Source of the DNA: Phoronis australis
Taxonomy: Eukaryota; Animalia; Phoronida
DNA length: 64,000 nucleotides
Direction of reading: 5' to 3'
Assembly (NCBI GenBank): GCA_002633005.1
Contig: NMRA01000115.1
Location: forward strand, 580,902 to 644,901
In this document: piece by piece, positions 62,395 through 64,000 of the stretch
Layout of the letters: the number at the start of each line of letters is the position of its first letter
How positions within the stretch are numbered: the stretch's first letter is position 1
Translations under genes and position numbers: made by a program
Notes under the pieces: generated by a model
What the model saw: only the letters and a program-made list of their open reading frames with translations
Told to the model about the DNA's origin: nothing
The model's database searches: none

Positions 62395-62545
62395 ATCAAG
62401 ACGAGCGTGATGTCACGAAGACGAAGGGCAAAACCAAAAGTACAAGTGTCACAGATACAAAGAATATTAGAACATGATCTATGAGACCCGGACTATGATA
62501 CCACTGAACCCTGACATTCAAACAGGAAATCAGCAGGTCACATAC

Positions 62546-62710
62546 CTCCTCCTGTAGTTCGCCATTCGGACCAGACGCCGCCCGCGTCTGAGGCGCCGAG
62601 TTCACTCGAACAACGCTAACTTGCGCTCCAAACTTTTTCACGAAGCACTCCACTTTAGTCAAAATGATGCCCCATTGACGGATTTCCTCTGCACCATTTT
62701 TGCCTGCCAT
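62546..62710 (-). CDS. Candidate first coding exon of zinc-finger gene B (55 codons)
   Basis: AACAAATGGCAG start context, open frame MAGKNGAEEIRQW...ELQEE, and donor GAG|GTATGT in phase 0 matching the acceptor at 51444. CpG-rich surroundings. Intervening exons cannot be excluded. Confidence 0.55.
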
Positions 62711-64000
62711 TTGTTTCCCAACGTATTGGCGATTTAGACTAAGTACTCTAATACATATAGGCCAATTGCTTGCTCGATTTTAAGCATGAAGAGTAGGCTT
62801 AGTGCACCAAAACAATTTAACAGACGTTTATAAGACTTTAACGCGAGATAACGCCAGAGAATGAAAACTCGTGGGATACCGCGAGAAATGGCGAGATTTT
62901 GTGTTGATAGGAACAAACGCCTGGGTTCAAACAACCAGGTAGTTCTTTGTTCCGAATAAACAGGTGTGTATTTGTTTCCTGGTTATAATTAGTGTGTTGT
63001 TCAGTAGTTTACTTGGTAGTTTTGTTGTCAGATTTCTTCCAATGCGTCCAAATTACCGCAGATAATCGATATTGAATTCGGTTTCGAGCATCACGCGCGC
63101 ACTTGTGACTTGGTTCACTCATTCAGAATCAGATTCACGATTCAAGTGACCTGCCCTGATGCTTTCGTCTTTCCAGTCAGGTCATACCCTAACCCAAGCC
63201 ATGAGAGCTTATTTCGATATTATAGAACATACCTGTAGACAGTACCACAAGCCAATTGGCTGCTGTAGAGTCACTCCATAGGCCCTCCGTACGCTGGAAG
63301 CTTACCGGCGAACTATGCCTCACAGTGCCTCATTTCCTGCCCTGTTGCGCATAAAGCCAAGGGACTCCTTAGGAGGCCGATGATGTCTTAATTTTTTTCT
63401 ACTCAAACAAATACTGCCAAACTCCATCGAGCTTTTTTGAGAACAGTTTTTTGCTTGAAGTTGCCCAAATCATCAAGTACTGTGCCAGGATATATGACGT
63501 CATATTCCCTGTTGCAAGCCGACCAGTTGATAATTATTACGATAGTGGCTGTTATTTCAAGCAACTTTTAAAAATTTTCTGGTATTTTTTAATTCTGGCT
63601 GTCCTGTCCAAGCTAAAATTCTGACCTTCCAAAGATGGCAGACGACAGGCCTGCCGAGTGACTATGTTTGAGTCTCGTGAATTATCGTCTTGTCACCATA
63701 GACTCTATTCACGCGGCGGACATTAAAATCCAAAGCGAGGCTCACTGCGATAAACAAAGCGAAAGTAGACATTGCGTGAGTTAAATAGCCGGTCTTTCGA
63801 GTCCAACCTGGATATTGACTTTTAATAATGTGTCAACAATTAAACCACACAGACGTAGAAAATTACATTAGAGAACATGTTAAGGCATCAAAGAGTTGTC
63901 TGACGAAAGGGTTTAATTTTTTTCGGAAAACTAGGTTCGAAACATGAAAAGTAAATATGACCAAATTGCGGCGATCGTAGTGTTACGGATTAGGTATTAT

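Noticed and set aside
63130-63665. Possible exon fragments and an AAGATGGC start motif near the window end
   Set aside because: Frames are interrupted and no family was recognised.

Overview
Eukaryotic (animal, probably invertebrate/lophotrochozoan - inferred) genomic DNA with spliceosomal GT-AG introns and a dense transposon load; no prokaryotic genes, rRNA, tRNA or CRISPR array were found. Five host loci are supported: a TGIF (TALE homeobox) gene, an Anp1/Mnn9-like (GT62-type) glycosyltransferase with a single coding exon, a three-coding-exon BAG2, and two tandem, paralogous C2H2 zinc-finger genes on the minus strand. One of the two zinc-finger genes has an in-frame TAG inside a finger and a 45-aa coding repeat. 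Intergenic and intronic DNA holds many DNA-transposon relics: a decayed ISL2EU-like element (convergent THAP and SAP-SWIM-YqaJ genes, TIRs, AT target), Kolobok-like THAP elements, hAT-like elements with 5- and 6-bp target duplications, Harbinger-like MITEs, a Penelope-like retroelement remnant, two hammerhead-like motifs, and a Helentron-type element whose higher-order satellite carries about ten co-oriented CTCF-consensus motifs. All family assignments come from motif recognition by eye; no searches were run.
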